DNA of 64,000 bases from an uncultured Aminicenantes bacterium (GTDB taxonomy: Bacteria; Acidobacteriota; Aminicenantia; UBA2199). This document shows positions 49,682 to 58,903 of the stretch, piece after piece. The stretch covers positions 64,001-128,000 of the forward strand of contig CBDAFS010000015.1 in assembly GCA_965195285.1 (NCBI GenBank), written 5' to 3'. The position numbers were made by a program, and so were the translations under genes. The notes beneath the pieces were generated by a model. The model was not told the origin of the DNA, ran no database searches, and saw nothing but the letters and a program-made list of their open reading frames with translations. Position 1 is the stretch's first letter, and every line of letters begins with the position of its first letter.

Positions 49682-50839
49682 ATGGAAATCATCAATATGG
49701 CACAACTCTTAACAATCGGCGTGATTGGAAAAACACTAAAAGAAAACGAAAAACGAGTAGCCATTCATCCGGAACATATAAAAAGCATTCCAAAGGGATT
49801 ACGAAAACAAATCACTTTTGAAGAAGGTTATGGATTGAGATTTGGCATGGATGATAACACTTTAGCCAAACTTACATCAGGGCGAGTTGCTTCCAGAGAA
49901 GAAATACTGAAAGGTTTTGATTGTGTGCTAATACCCAAACCTTTGGCAAAAGATTTGTCTCAGGTACGAGCAGGTGCAATTGTCTGGGGTTGGCCGCATT
50001 GTGTACAACAGAAAGAAATGACGCAAGTATCAATTGAAAGAAAATTAACCCTTATTGCCTGGGAAGAAATGTTTACATGGAGCCGAACAGGTGATAAAAA
50101 TATGCATATTTTTTATAAAAACAATGAAATAGCAGGCTATGCCAGTGTAAATCATGCGATAAGTCTTATCGGAGTTGTCGGGAATTATGGAAAACCCCGA
50201 AAAGCAGTGGTACTCAGTTTTGGATCGGTGAGTCGAGGGGCAGTATATGCATTGCAAGGTCAAGGATCTCGAGATATCACGGTCTACACCTGTCGCGCAT
50301 CAACAAATGTGAGTGATCAATTGCCTACAATATCTTTTAAACAAATGAAGAATGACGATTCAGGAAATTTGCTTGCAGTTGAATCTGACGGCAGTACTCG
50401 CCCATTTGCAGAAGCATTATCAGATGTGCAAATAATTGTTAATGGAACCCTTCAAGATGTTGACCATCCAAAAATGTTTGTACCTGAAGATGAGGCTGAT
50501 AAATTGATGAAAGGCACTCTTATTATTGATATAAGCTGTGATGAGGGAATGGGTTTTTGGTGTGCCAAACCAACATCCTTTGAATACCCAATGTTTGAAG
50601 TGGCGGGTAAATTTTATTATTCAGTGGATCACAGTCCAAGTTATTATTGGAATTCTGCCTCATGGGAAATTTCAAAAGCATTACTTCCATTTTTACCCAT
50701 AGTTATTGGGGGACCAAATAAATGGGAAAAGAACAAAACCATTTCAAAAGCAATAGAAATATGCAATGGAGTAATTCAAAATCCGAAAATTCTTTCATTC
50801 CAAAATCGAGAGAAAGATTATCCACACCAATTTCGTTAA
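49682..50839 (+). CDS. N5-(carboxyethyl)ornithine synthase-like protein (AlaDh/PNT superfamily)
   Basis: KENEKRVAIHP, FEEGYG.RFG, WGWPHCVQ, NNEIAGY, SFGSVSRGA, DISCD and VDHSPS. Start may be ATG 49697. Confidence 0.82.
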   Translation: MEIINMAQLLTIGVIGKTLKENEKRVAIHPEHIKSIPKGLRKQITFEEGYGLRFGMDDNTLAKLTSGRVASREEILKGFDCVLIPKPLAKDLSQVRAGAIVWGWPHCVQQKEMTQVSIERKLTLIAWEEMFTWSRTGDKNMHIFYKNNEIAGYASVNHAISLIGVVGNYGKPRKAVVLSFGSVSRGAVYALQGQGSRDITVYTCRASTNVSDQLPTISFKQMKNDDSGNLLAVESDGSTRPFAEALSDVQIIVNGTLQDVDHPKMFVPEDEADKLMKGTLIIDISCDEGMGFWCAKPTSFEYPMFEVAGKFYYSVDHSPSYYWNSASWEISKALLPFLPIVIGGPNKWEKNKTISKAIEICNGVIQNPKILSFQNREKDYPHQFR

Positions 50840-50875
50840 TGAATTCTATTACAATGAAAATTACATCGTAAAACA
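50819..50875 (+). repeat. 57-bp direct repeat copy 1 (CEOS 3' end); copy 2 is at 51786-51842
   Basis: Hand alignment gives 48/57 identical with no gaps. Confidence 0.9.
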
Positions 50876-50936
50876 TAGGGTTTAAGAAAACTTGTAAAAC
50901 AAGAAAAGACATGGAAAAATTCAGGGAATATTTATA

Positions 50937-51758
50937 ATGGGCATAATAATTAATAAAGAACTTAACAGATTACGAACAATAATCGAAAAAAATAGAGTTG
51001 CATTTACTGATGTGGCTAATATTCAACAGCTACAAGTTGGATATGATGTTAGGGCAGACAATTATAGCAAAGAAAGCCAAAGCAGGCCGGATAAAGTACA
51101 TCAGACTACTTTAACAGAGAGGTTCTTTCTTGAAGAACTGAGAGGATTAATAAGCGGCAAAAGAATTGCTTATTTGGATGTTGGCTGTGCAGATGGCAGA
51201 AGAACTAAGAGGTTTTTCAACGAACTGGAGGATTTTTGCCAAATTGACAGACTTTGTGCAATCGACTACTCAAGAGAAATGGTTGCACAAGCACAAGGAA
51301 TTCTGGGACATTCAAAAGTTGCATGGGGAAATATTACTGATTTACCTTTTCAGGCTGAATTCAATGTAGTTACCTGTATGTATGGCGTTATTGGACATTT
51401 ACCGGAGGATTTGATTCAACAAGCTATTAATAATCTATCTCAGACTCTCGTAGATGGAGGCATTCTCTGCATAGATGTTCTTGGAAGAGATCAGAAGTTT
51501 CTTAAACAATACCGTTATAACGAAGTCAATAGTAATCATGGGAAATATGTTGCATATTTTGTTAAAGTAGGAGGGAGTCCGTTAATGAATGGCAAAGACC
51601 AGCGAATAGTCTATACTATGCGGATGTTTACTCCGGGAGAAATAAAAACTTACGCTAAGAATACAGGTCTTAGACCAGTAGCAGATAAAGAAATTTATCC
51701 GGTTGAAAGAGGGGTTAATGAAATGGAATATGCATTAGTACTTAAAAAAGAGTGCTAA
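50937..51758 (+). CDS. Class I SAM-dependent methyltransferase
   Basis: YLDVGCADG, IDYSREM, GNITDLPF and L..GGILCID. Confidence 0.85.
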   Translation: MGIIINKELNRLRTIIEKNRVAFTDVANIQQLQVGYDVRADNYSKESQSRPDKVHQTTLTERFFLEELRGLISGKRIAYLDVGCADGRRTKRFFNELEDFCQIDRLCAIDYSREMVAQAQGILGHSKVAWGNITDLPFQAEFNVVTCMYGVIGHLPEDLIQQAINNLSQTLVDGGILCIDVLGRDQKFLKQYRYNEVNSNHGKYVAYFVKVGGSPLMNGKDQRIVYTMRMFTPGEIKTYAKNTGLRPVADKEIYPVERGVNEMEYALVLKKEC

Positions 51759-51834
51759 CAAATCTATTTGTTTGCTTCGATAGAATATCCATACCAATTT
51801 CGTTAATGAATTTTATGACAAAAAATTTTACATT

Positions 51835-51886
51835 GTATAACACTGTGTATAGCGCATTAAAACGCGCCATACACTAACCGTTAGGC
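51835..51886 (+). other. attC-like recombination site
   Basis: GTATAAC...GTTAGGC outer boxes with an inner inverted pair GTGTATAGCG / CGCCATACAC. It is 52 bp, shorter than canonical attC. Confidence 0.45.
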
Positions 51887-51929
51887 GAAATATTATTCGG
51901 TCATTACGGAGCTACATATTTATAGAGAG

Positions 51930-52169
51930 ATGTATATGAAAATTTTAAAGCCGCACTTAGATTCAATTTTTGATATTGCTGGTTCAGACGAAAATGCACT
52001 CACAAAATCATTTGGCGTAATTCTGAGAAAAGATAAGACATTACTGAGTAATTTTTTGTCGGTTGCTATGAAAAAATCTTACTCAATATCAAAGCAGTTA
52101 TTTGACAGAACTCATTTTTATTTTGAAAAAAGTTATTCTGGGGGGCGAACTGATTATCTTCTCCGTTGA
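51930..52169 (+). pseudogene. N-terminal fragment of a PD-(D/E)XK-type nuclease
   Basis: ENALTKSF...EKSYSGGRTD, then the frame runs into IS-derived DNA before any E-x-K motif. Confidence 0.5.
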
Positions 52170-52252
52170 GTACTTCTTTCTGCTCATTCTGCCTCCTCAG
52201 ATCCAGATAAATACTAACATAAAAACTGGATCAGTTTATGGGGGGCAGGTGT
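52152..52252 (-). mobile_element. Left-end remnant of an IS3-family (IS407-group-like) element
   Basis: Minus strand reads ACCTGCCCCCCATAAACTGATCCAG...GAGGAGG-ATG(52187), translating MSRKKYSTEKII, typical of an OrfA start. Confidence 0.65.
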
Positions 52253-52277
52253 ACGCATAATCGGGGTCAGGTCTAAA

Positions 52278-53921
52278 CAGGCTGTTGCCCAAATAAGGTT
52301 TTTTATATTTAAGGGTTGAGGGAAAATATTCCGAAAAGGCCTATAATATTGATTAATTAAGCATTTCATGGTATAATATTGTTTTTTGAGGTGTTTAAAA
52401 ATGATGGGTAACGAAGAGAGTCAAGAGGACAAATTCATTTACAATTTTCGTCTCAGTAAACGTATACCTTTGGATCATCCTTTAAGAAAGATAAGGGATA
52501 TGCTTGATCTTGATTTTCTGTATGATCTTCTAAAGAGAAAGTACGGAACCAGGGGCAATGTATCAGTACCGCCTCCGGTATTGATGAAGATGATGTTGTT
52601 GTTGGTATTTTACAATGTTCGTTCGGAGCGAGAGTTGATGCGAACCATACCTATGAGATTAGATTGGATTTGGTTTTTAGGATATGACCTGGACGATGAT
52701 ATTCCGCATCATAGTGTATTATCCAAAGCCAGGAAGCGTTGGGGAGAGGCAGTATTTAAAGAGTTATTCGAACGAATACTGCTTCAGGCTGCCGAATCCG
52801 GTTTGGTAGATGGGGGTAAGCTTTTTGCGGATTCTTCATTGGTTGAGGCAGATGCATCGAGGAATTCGGTAAAAAGGATAAGCAATATGAAATTAGCCTC
52901 CACTTATAAGGAGTTGTTAAACAGGTTGGATGAAGGAGAGTCAGAGGATGAAGAGGAGCCGGGGGATAAAGGGAATGAAGGAGGCCGATACAGTAAAGTA
53001 AATAAGATACATAAGAGTGACACCGATCCTGAAGCAACCATAGTTCGTCAGCAGGGGAGTTCAGATCTTTATTATAAAGTTCACCGCAGTGTAGATGAGA
53101 GGTGTGAAGTGATAACCTGTTGTCATACGACAACCGGAATAGTGAATGAGGCTCATGTTCTGAAAGATCTGATAGATGGTCATAAGGCGATTTTAGGTTG
53201 TGATCCGGGAATAATTGTGGCAGACAGCAAATATGGTACAAAGGAGAATTTTGTTAAATTAAAGAAGAGGGGGATCAAGACTCATATCAAAGATTTATCC
53301 ATGGCCCAGAAAGAAGGAGGGTCAAGGAAAGGGAAATTTTCGAAGGAAGATTTTGAATATAACATTGAGGGGGATTATTTTGTATGTCCAGGTGGAGAGA
53401 AATTAAAAAAGAGGTCCTATAATCCCAATCGTGGTTGGTACGAATACAAAGCGAGTAAGAATAAATGTGATGTATGCCGCCTTCGATTACAGTGCACAGC
53501 TGACAAAAATGGTCGTAGTTTGAAGAGGCACCCGGAGGAAAAATATTTACAGTTGGCCAAACAGGATGCCCATAGTATTGGAGCGAAAGCTGATTTAAAG
53601 AAGAGGCAGCACTTAATGGAAAGGAGCTTTGCGACCGGTATCCGTTATGGCTATAAAAGAGCCAGGTGGAGGAATATGTGGCGAGTATCGATTCAGCAGT
53701 ATTTAATAGCAACTGTCCAGAACCTTCAGAAGATTTTCATTTATGGAGGGGATTTAAGACATAATAAGGCAATTTATCTTAATTTGTTACAAAAATTTAG
53801 CTTAAAAAATTGTATATTTGGAATATTAACAAAAATTAATCTCAATCTCAGTGTTTTAAATTTAAAAGTATAGTAAATTTATAAATGTGGTGTTTAAGAT
53901 TATGGTTTAGGCAACAGCCTG
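52278..53921 (+). mobile_element. IS1182-family insertion sequence, 1644 bp
   Basis: Terminal IRs CAGGCTGTTGCCCAAA / TTTAGGCAACAGCCTG (15/16). A 4-bp target duplication TAAA lies at 52274-52277 and 53922-53925. Confidence 0.92.
52386..53873 (+). CDS. IS1182-family DDE transposase
   Basis: IPLDHPLRKI, RSERELM, WFLG...IPHHSVLSK.R.R, ADSKYG, CPGG, C..C.LR.QC and ERSFA. Start is probably ATG 52401. Confidence 0.92.
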   Translation: MRCLKMMGNEESQEDKFIYNFRLSKRIPLDHPLRKIRDMLDLDFLYDLLKRKYGTRGNVSVPPPVLMKMMLLLVFYNVRSERELMRTIPMRLDWIWFLGYDLDDDIPHHSVLSKARKRWGEAVFKELFERILLQAAESGLVDGGKLFADSSLVEADASRNSVKRISNMKLASTYKELLNRLDEGESEDEEEPGDKGNEGGRYSKVNKIHKSDTDPEATIVRQQGSSDLYYKVHRSVDERCEVITCCHTTTGIVNEAHVLKDLIDGHKAILGCDPGIIVADSKYGTKENFVKLKKRGIKTHIKDLSMAQKEGGSRKGKFSKEDFEYNIEGDYFVCPGGEKLKKRSYNPNRGWYEYKASKNKCDVCRLRLQCTADKNGRSLKRHPEEKYLQLAKQDAHSIGAKADLKKRQHLMERSFATGIRYGYKRARWRNMWRVSIQQYLIATVQNLQKIFIYGGDLRHNKAIYLNLLQKFSLKNCIFGILTKINLNLSVLNLKV

Positions 53922-54331
53922 TAAAGAATAAAGAAATCGATTGTCCAAGAATATGGTTTTCCTACAAATCAACAGTACTTTTTTCAACTAAAAAGTAATT
54001 GATTTTTAAATAAAACATTTCTACATTTGTGTGCGTCGTCCCCCTTTTTCAGCATTTTAAATATTCCTATTTAATTGGGATGTTAAATTTGACGGGAGCG
54101 AAAGGGATGAGTTGGAAAAATAAAAAATTGTAGAAAGAGTGAACAAGGAAATTCGACATCGAGTATTGGAATGAAAAACATTACAGACAAATCTTTATTC
54201 TTTAGACTTGACCCCTAAGATTTTTTTTTTGAATTAGATGGATGGTGTTTTGTGGGGCTGATATTGTTATTTCGTAACCACTCTATCAAAGACTAGATGC
54301 ATATCTTTGCTGAAGTAGGATAGGGGGTTTA

Positions 54332-54460
54332 TCAATATGGGCCAGCTGGTCCCTGATTTATATTTTTTTCTTTTTTCTGTTTTCGTTTTTCTTTTTGGGT
54401 GAGTTTGCCCTTTTTTTGATGTTCTCGTTTGCTTTTATCTTTTTTCCCTTTATCGCCCAT
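54332..54460 (-). CDS. Small lysine-rich basic protein (42 aa)
   Basis: Hand translation MGDKGKKDKSKREHQKKGKLTQKEKRKQKKEKNINQGPAGPY, with RBS AAGGGGGA. Below the ORF-track cutoff. Confidence 0.6.
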   Translation of the reverse strand: MGDKGKKDKSKREHQKKGKLTQKEKRKQKKEKNINQGPAGPY

Positions 54461-54612
54461 ATTTATTCCCCCTTACCTGTTTAATTTTATTAATAATTTT
54501 AATATATAACCATATGAATTTTATAAAATCGGGGACAGATTGTCAATTTATTAATTTTTTTAAAATACCTTATCTTGCTAACTCCACCTCAAATCCCTAT
54601 ATAGGCATAAAA

Positions 54613-55629
54613 CTAAACTAACTTGTTTAAATATCTTTCAGTGAACTTTATTATATTATTCATCATGTCAACTGCCTCAACCGGATATTTTCCCACAGCT
54701 GATTCAGCCGAAAGCATAACAAAGTTACTCCCGTCTATTATAGCGTTGGCCACATCGCTTACCTCCGCGCGGGTAGGGATGCGGTTTTCGGTCATACTCT
54801 CCAGCATCTGCGTCGCGGTTATAACAAACTTTCCGGCGCGCCTGCATTTTTTGATAATTGTCTTTTGTATAACAGGGATTTCGTAAACTGGCAACGACAC
54901 CCCCATATCTCCGCGCGCTATCATGATGCCGTCCGAAACCTTGATTATTTCATCAATATTTTTTATACCATCCCGATTCTCTATTTTGGCAATAACCCGG
55001 CACCGCGAACCTCCTCCAAGTACCTTTCTTACATCCATGATATCCTTTTTCGTGCACACGAATGACTGTGCGATATATTCAACACCTTGCTTTTCACAAA
55101 AGAGTATATCCTTTATATCCTTCTGGCTTATACTACCAAATTCCAGCCGTGCCTCCGGGATATTTACGCCCTTATGTCCTTTAAGCAAGCCGCCGAATAC
55201 CACTTTGACCTTTAAGCTGTTTTTAACCCGGGCAATCACTTCTAAAACGATATTTCCGTCATCTATGAATATTTGGTGGCCGTTCTTAATAGGGTGTAAC
55301 GGGCATTGATAATCAAAAGGTATTTTTTTATGCGATCCATTTGTTTTTTGCTGGGTAAGCCACACTATCTGGTCTTTTTTAAGCAAAATTGGAGCAATAA
55401 GATCACCTACCCTTATGCGATGGCCTTGCAAGTCACCAAGAAGCTTAACGCTCCTATGATATTTTTTATTTAAAAGCCGAATGAGTCCTATTCTATGAAG
55501 CAATTCTTGCGGCTTGCTGTGGGAAAAATTCAGACGCCCAACATCCATGCCGGCAAGCATCATTTTTTTAAGCACCGTCTCGCTCGACGACACTGGGCCA
55601 AGCGTACAGATTATCTTAGTCTTAACCAT
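54613..55629 (-). CDS. pyk: Pyruvate kinase lacking the C-terminal regulatory domain
   Basis: [52 protein letters not shown] and MLSAESAVG. Ends at 338 aa. Confidence 0.88.
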   Translation of the reverse strand: MVKTKIICTLGPVSSSETVLKKMMLAGMDVGRLNFSHSKPQELLHRIGLIRLLNKKYHRSVKLLGDLQGHRIRVGDLIAPILLKKDQIVWLTQQKTNGSHKKIPFDYQCPLHPIKNGHQIFIDDGNIVLEVIARVKNSLKVKVVFGGLLKGHKGVNIPEARLEFGSISQKDIKDILFCEKQGVEYIAQSFVCTKKDIMDVRKVLGGGSRCRVIAKIENRDGIKNIDEIIKVSDGIMIARGDMGVSLPVYEIPVIQKTIIKKCRRAGKFVITATQMLESMTENRIPTRAEVSDVANAIIDGSNFVMLSAESAVGKYPVEAVDMMNNIIKFTERYLNKLV

Positions 55630-56170
55630 AAAATTTATTCATATTACATTTCACTCTCGTCAGCTCCATAACTAAACCCTCGGGCGATTGGACCACGTTG
55701 CTCGCTTGACAAACTGAAACGTTTCAACCTGCCGTCGTCTTCTATTAAGGCTTCCGAATAAAACCGACTTTCCGGATAGTTCTGGATGAAATCTTCATAC
55801 GCCTGAATGGAATTGTTTTTAGTCACAATAGGAAAATCGTTTTTCCATCCTGTTAAAAAAATATTAGAGAATTGGCTATCCATTGTCAAGCAATTGAGTG
55901 AAATATGTTTCATGGAAAGGACCGGGTGCAGAAATGTAATTTTAATGAGAAACCTTTTGGATTTTTACCTGGCTGCCTTATACAATAAAAGAGAAAAACA
56001 AAAAATGTAGAAAATTAAATTTTCTACACAAATCCGGAATATTTCAAGTAATATTGAAATGCAAAACCTGATCCCACTCATTCCATTAATGTATAAGTGG
56101 AGATTTTTTGGGAACCCGGACGATACTGGAACCGTTATAAGTTTATTATGCAGGAATTAAGGAGAATCAG

Positions 56171-57196
56171 ATGAAGAAAATTCTAATACTATCATTTATT
56201 TTAATTTCGTCATTATTAATCAATATTTATGCATCGGAACCGGTGGAACTGCCGGAGCTTACCCGACCGTCAATGTTCATTATTAATTATGACCGGATAT
56301 ATGTCCTGGAAGAGGCAACGGTTCGCGTCTATTCCCTTGAAGATTTTACATTAATAAAAAAGTTCGGCAGGGCAGGGGAAGGGCCCAAAGAGTTCAAGTA
56401 CAGCGGTGGAGACGGCAGGCCGTTGTCGATGAGTTTTTTTAAGGGGCAGTTGATCGTGAACAGTGTGATGAAGATGTCTTTTTTTGATAAGGATGGGGTT
56501 TATATCACGGAAACAAAGGTGGCTGTGGACAGACTCCTCTTTCCCATTAACGGCAAGTATCTGGGTATCGGCCCCACTGCAACTGAAAAAAATGCTCAAT
56601 GCATCGGATTTACCATCTATGACGGTCAGTTTAAATCACCACAAGTTATATTCATAAGCGATGTTGAAATTAACAATCCAACCAGATTTGTGCTGCCCAT
56701 TACAAGCTTCACCTACAAACCCGTCTATAAAGAAAAGATATTTGTGAATTCAAGCTCCGATGATTTCAGGATTAATGTATTTAATAGTGAAGGGAAAAAA
56801 GAATATACCATAGAGAAAAAATATCCGAAAATTAAAATACCGGGTCATTTCAGAACTGAAGCGTTGGCGTTCTTCAAAAAAAGCCCGGTGTTCAAAAGTG
56901 CCTTTGAATATCTGAAAAAGATTTTGATTATAAGAGAATATTATCCTCCAATCAGGGACCTTCAAATCGTTGATGATCACCTATACGTTCTTACCTTCAA
57001 ACGAAAGGGTGACCTCTGGGAATTAATTAAACTTGATCTGAAAGGTGATGAGAAAGGCCGATTATTCATACCTCTGACTGAATATGAATATTTCACCTGG
57101 TATCCGGTCTTCTACTCTGTTTATAAGGGAAAGGTTTATACACTGGTGGAAGATGAGGAAGACGAAGTCTGGAAGATTTACATAAACACATTTTAA
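56171..57196 (+). CDS. Secreted 6-bladed beta-propeller protein
   Basis: Signal peptide and FGRAGEGPKEF motif. RBS AAGGAG. Confidence 0.7.
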   Translation: MKKILILSFILISSLLINIYASEPVELPELTRPSMFIINYDRIYVLEEATVRVYSLEDFTLIKKFGRAGEGPKEFKYSGGDGRPLSMSFFKGQLIVNSVMKMSFFDKDGVYITETKVAVDRLLFPINGKYLGIGPTATEKNAQCIGFTIYDGQFKSPQVIFISDVEINNPTRFVLPITSFTYKPVYKEKIFVNSSSDDFRINVFNSEGKKEYTIEKKYPKIKIPGHFRTEALAFFKKSPVFKSAFEYLKKILIIREYYPPIRDLQIVDDHLYVLTFKRKGDLWELIKLDLKGDEKGRLFIPLTEYEYFTWYPVFYSVYKGKVYTLVEDEEDEVWKIYINTF

Positions 57197-57236
57197 ACAA
57201 AAAAATCCCAATGTCCTAACGGATCGTGCAAAATAC

Positions 57237-57341
57237 AAGACCTGACCCTATTAAACTTCATAGATCAATAATACTTTTTTCAAATAAAAAGTAATTGATT
57301 TTTAAATACAGCATTTCTACAATTTGTGTGCACCGTCACCC
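57237..57341 (-). repeat. Two G4 motifs flanking a ~77-bp segment shared with element copy A
   Basis: AAGACCTGACCC at 57237. Segment 57264-57341 aligns with 53968-54044 and ends GCACCGTCACCC. Confidence 0.8.
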
Positions 57342-57496
57342 TTGTCATAGACTGCGGAGATGCAATGCTTCTTCTTGGAGAGATTGGTGATGTTAGGGCA
57401 ATCGACCCAATAATGAATTTTGACGCGAACGTTGGGCAATTCCTAACATACAAGAACGCCGCTCTTGACAAGCTTCGGAAGGCTAAGCATAGTTAG
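57341..57496 (+). pseudogene. 3' fragment of a HEAT/PBS-lyase repeat protein
   Basis: The frame reads LVIDCGDAMLLLGEIGDVRAIDPIMN...AALDKLRKAKHS*. LGEIGD.RAI.P matches the HEAT_PBS pattern. Confidence 0.55.
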
Positions 57497-57608
57497 AAGA
57501 GGGTTTGCGTGAAAGAGTTTCCCTTATTATTGGGAATGGGGGGATTTGACAAAGAAAAATCATTTCTATAACATTTTATTTTGGTAACATAAAAAAGGAG
57601 AATGGAGA

Positions 57609-58577
57609 ATGTTAACCAGAAAATGTCTTAATTGCGGTGTCCCATTGGCACTCAGAGAAGACCAGGTCGAATTAGAAGTAGAGATGCGTAAAGTAAATCC
57701 TGAATTTGAATTGCCTGTCTGGTGTGCAATCTGTGAAAGAAAGTTAAAGAAAAAAAAATTGAATATTGTCAATTTTATTTATGATGTCTTATCTATTTTA
57801 ATTGCATTGGGTATTCTTGCATTAATTATTAACATCGGTGAAAAGAGTCCCAATCTCTTTACAAAAGTGATTTTAAACCTTAATTTACTTTCCTACATGA
57901 CGCTTAATATCGGTGTAGGATTTTTATCCAGTTTGCTTTTTGTGGTTTTGCTTGAGAATTACAATCCGAGAGGACATGCTATTGATAAATCACATCTATG
58001 GGTGCACAAAGATACAAAAACCAAACAAAGTGATGCCACCAAGCGTGATGTATATGAACATTATCATGGCTATGGCAGCTGGGAAAAAAAGTCAAAAGCT
58101 GAATGGAAAATTATCCATATAATTGGACTCATTTTTGCCGGATGTGGAGGTTTTTTTGTTGCGCTTTTGAAAGAAAAAGCCTATAACATACCGGTTGTAT
58201 TGATAGCGGGTGTTATTGGTGTGTTGATTTACATCCTTATTCACAAGTTATTGGATATTGAATTTTTAACCCATGATAATTCCAGTAACTCGCTTCAGCC
58301 TGTTAGCATGGATTTTTCCAATTTATTTAAAGGGCAAACTTCAGGTTCGATGTTATATTACGGGATAGCATTTTTCATCATATTTGTTTTCAGTATTGTG
58401 GTCTCAATATATTGGGTGATATATTTTTTCATATTACATAAAGAAAGTACAATATTATTAAATCCTCCCCTGATACAGCTATATACCATCTCGCTGAGAT
58501 TGATGGGGATATTAATACTCTTTTTATTGGGGGAATGGTTGTTGTTAAAGCAAAAAGAAAGAAAAGCCAAGAGTTAA
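57609..58577 (+). CDS. Hypothetical multi-pass membrane protein with N-terminal CxxC...CxxC Zn ribbon
   Basis: CLNC and CAIC, about 6 hydrophobic segments. RBS AAGGAG/GGAG. Confidence 0.7.
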   Translation: MLTRKCLNCGVPLALREDQVELEVEMRKVNPEFELPVWCAICERKLKKKKLNIVNFIYDVLSILIALGILALIINIGEKSPNLFTKVILNLNLLSYMTLNIGVGFLSSLLFVVLLENYNPRGHAIDKSHLWVHKDTKTKQSDATKRDVYEHYHGYGSWEKKSKAEWKIIHIIGLIFAGCGGFFVALLKEKAYNIPVVLIAGVIGVLIYILIHKLLDIEFLTHDNSSNSLQPVSMDFSNLFKGQTSGSMLYYGIAFFIIFVFSIVVSIYWVIYFFILHKESTILLNPPLIQLYTISLRLMGILILFLLGEWLLLKQKERKAKS

Positions 58578-58686
58578 TAGAAAAAAGGATTGAAAAAAAG
58601 CTATTAGGCTTAAGAAAAATCACTCGACTTTTTTTCTACCCCTTCTCGCAAGAGACCGGAAATGGTATCAAATCTAAAAGTTAACC

Positions 58687-58889
58687 GGGGTCAGGTCTAA
58701 AGAATAAAGAAATCGATTGCACACCGCATTTTAAATATTCCTATTTAATTGGGATGTTATATTTGACGGGGGCGAAAGGGATGTGTTGTAAAAATAAAGA
58801 ATAGTAGAAAGAGTGAACAAGGATATTCGACATCGAGTATTGGAATGAAAAACATTACAGACAAATCTTTATTCTTTAGACCTGACCCC
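58687..58889. repeat. REPIN/MITE-like element copy B (intact, 203 bp)
   Basis: Perfect 24-bp terminal IR GGGGTCAGGTCTAAAGAATAAAGA / TCTTTATTCTTTAGACCTGACCCC. Confidence 0.92.
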
Positions 58890-58903
58890 CAAGATGTTCA
58901 AAA

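Larger units (their letters stand above)
52263..54215. repeat. REPIN/MITE-like element copy A, interrupted by IS1182
   Basis: Left arm GGGGTCAGGTCTAAA|GAATAAAGA is split by the IS. The body 53922-54215 matches copy B (58687-58889). Right arm is TCTTTATTCTTTAGACTTGACCCC. Confidence 0.88.

Noticed and set aside
50819-51842. DGR TR/VR pair at the CEOS 3' end
   Set aside because: Several mismatches are C/T or T/G rather than A-specific, most of the repeat is non-coding, and there is no RT.
55644-55913. 89-aa ORF as a real gene
   Set aside because: Only the middle (NSIQAYEDFIQNYPESRF) looks protein-like and there is no RBS. Probably a gene fragment fused to unrelated DNA; too weak to call.
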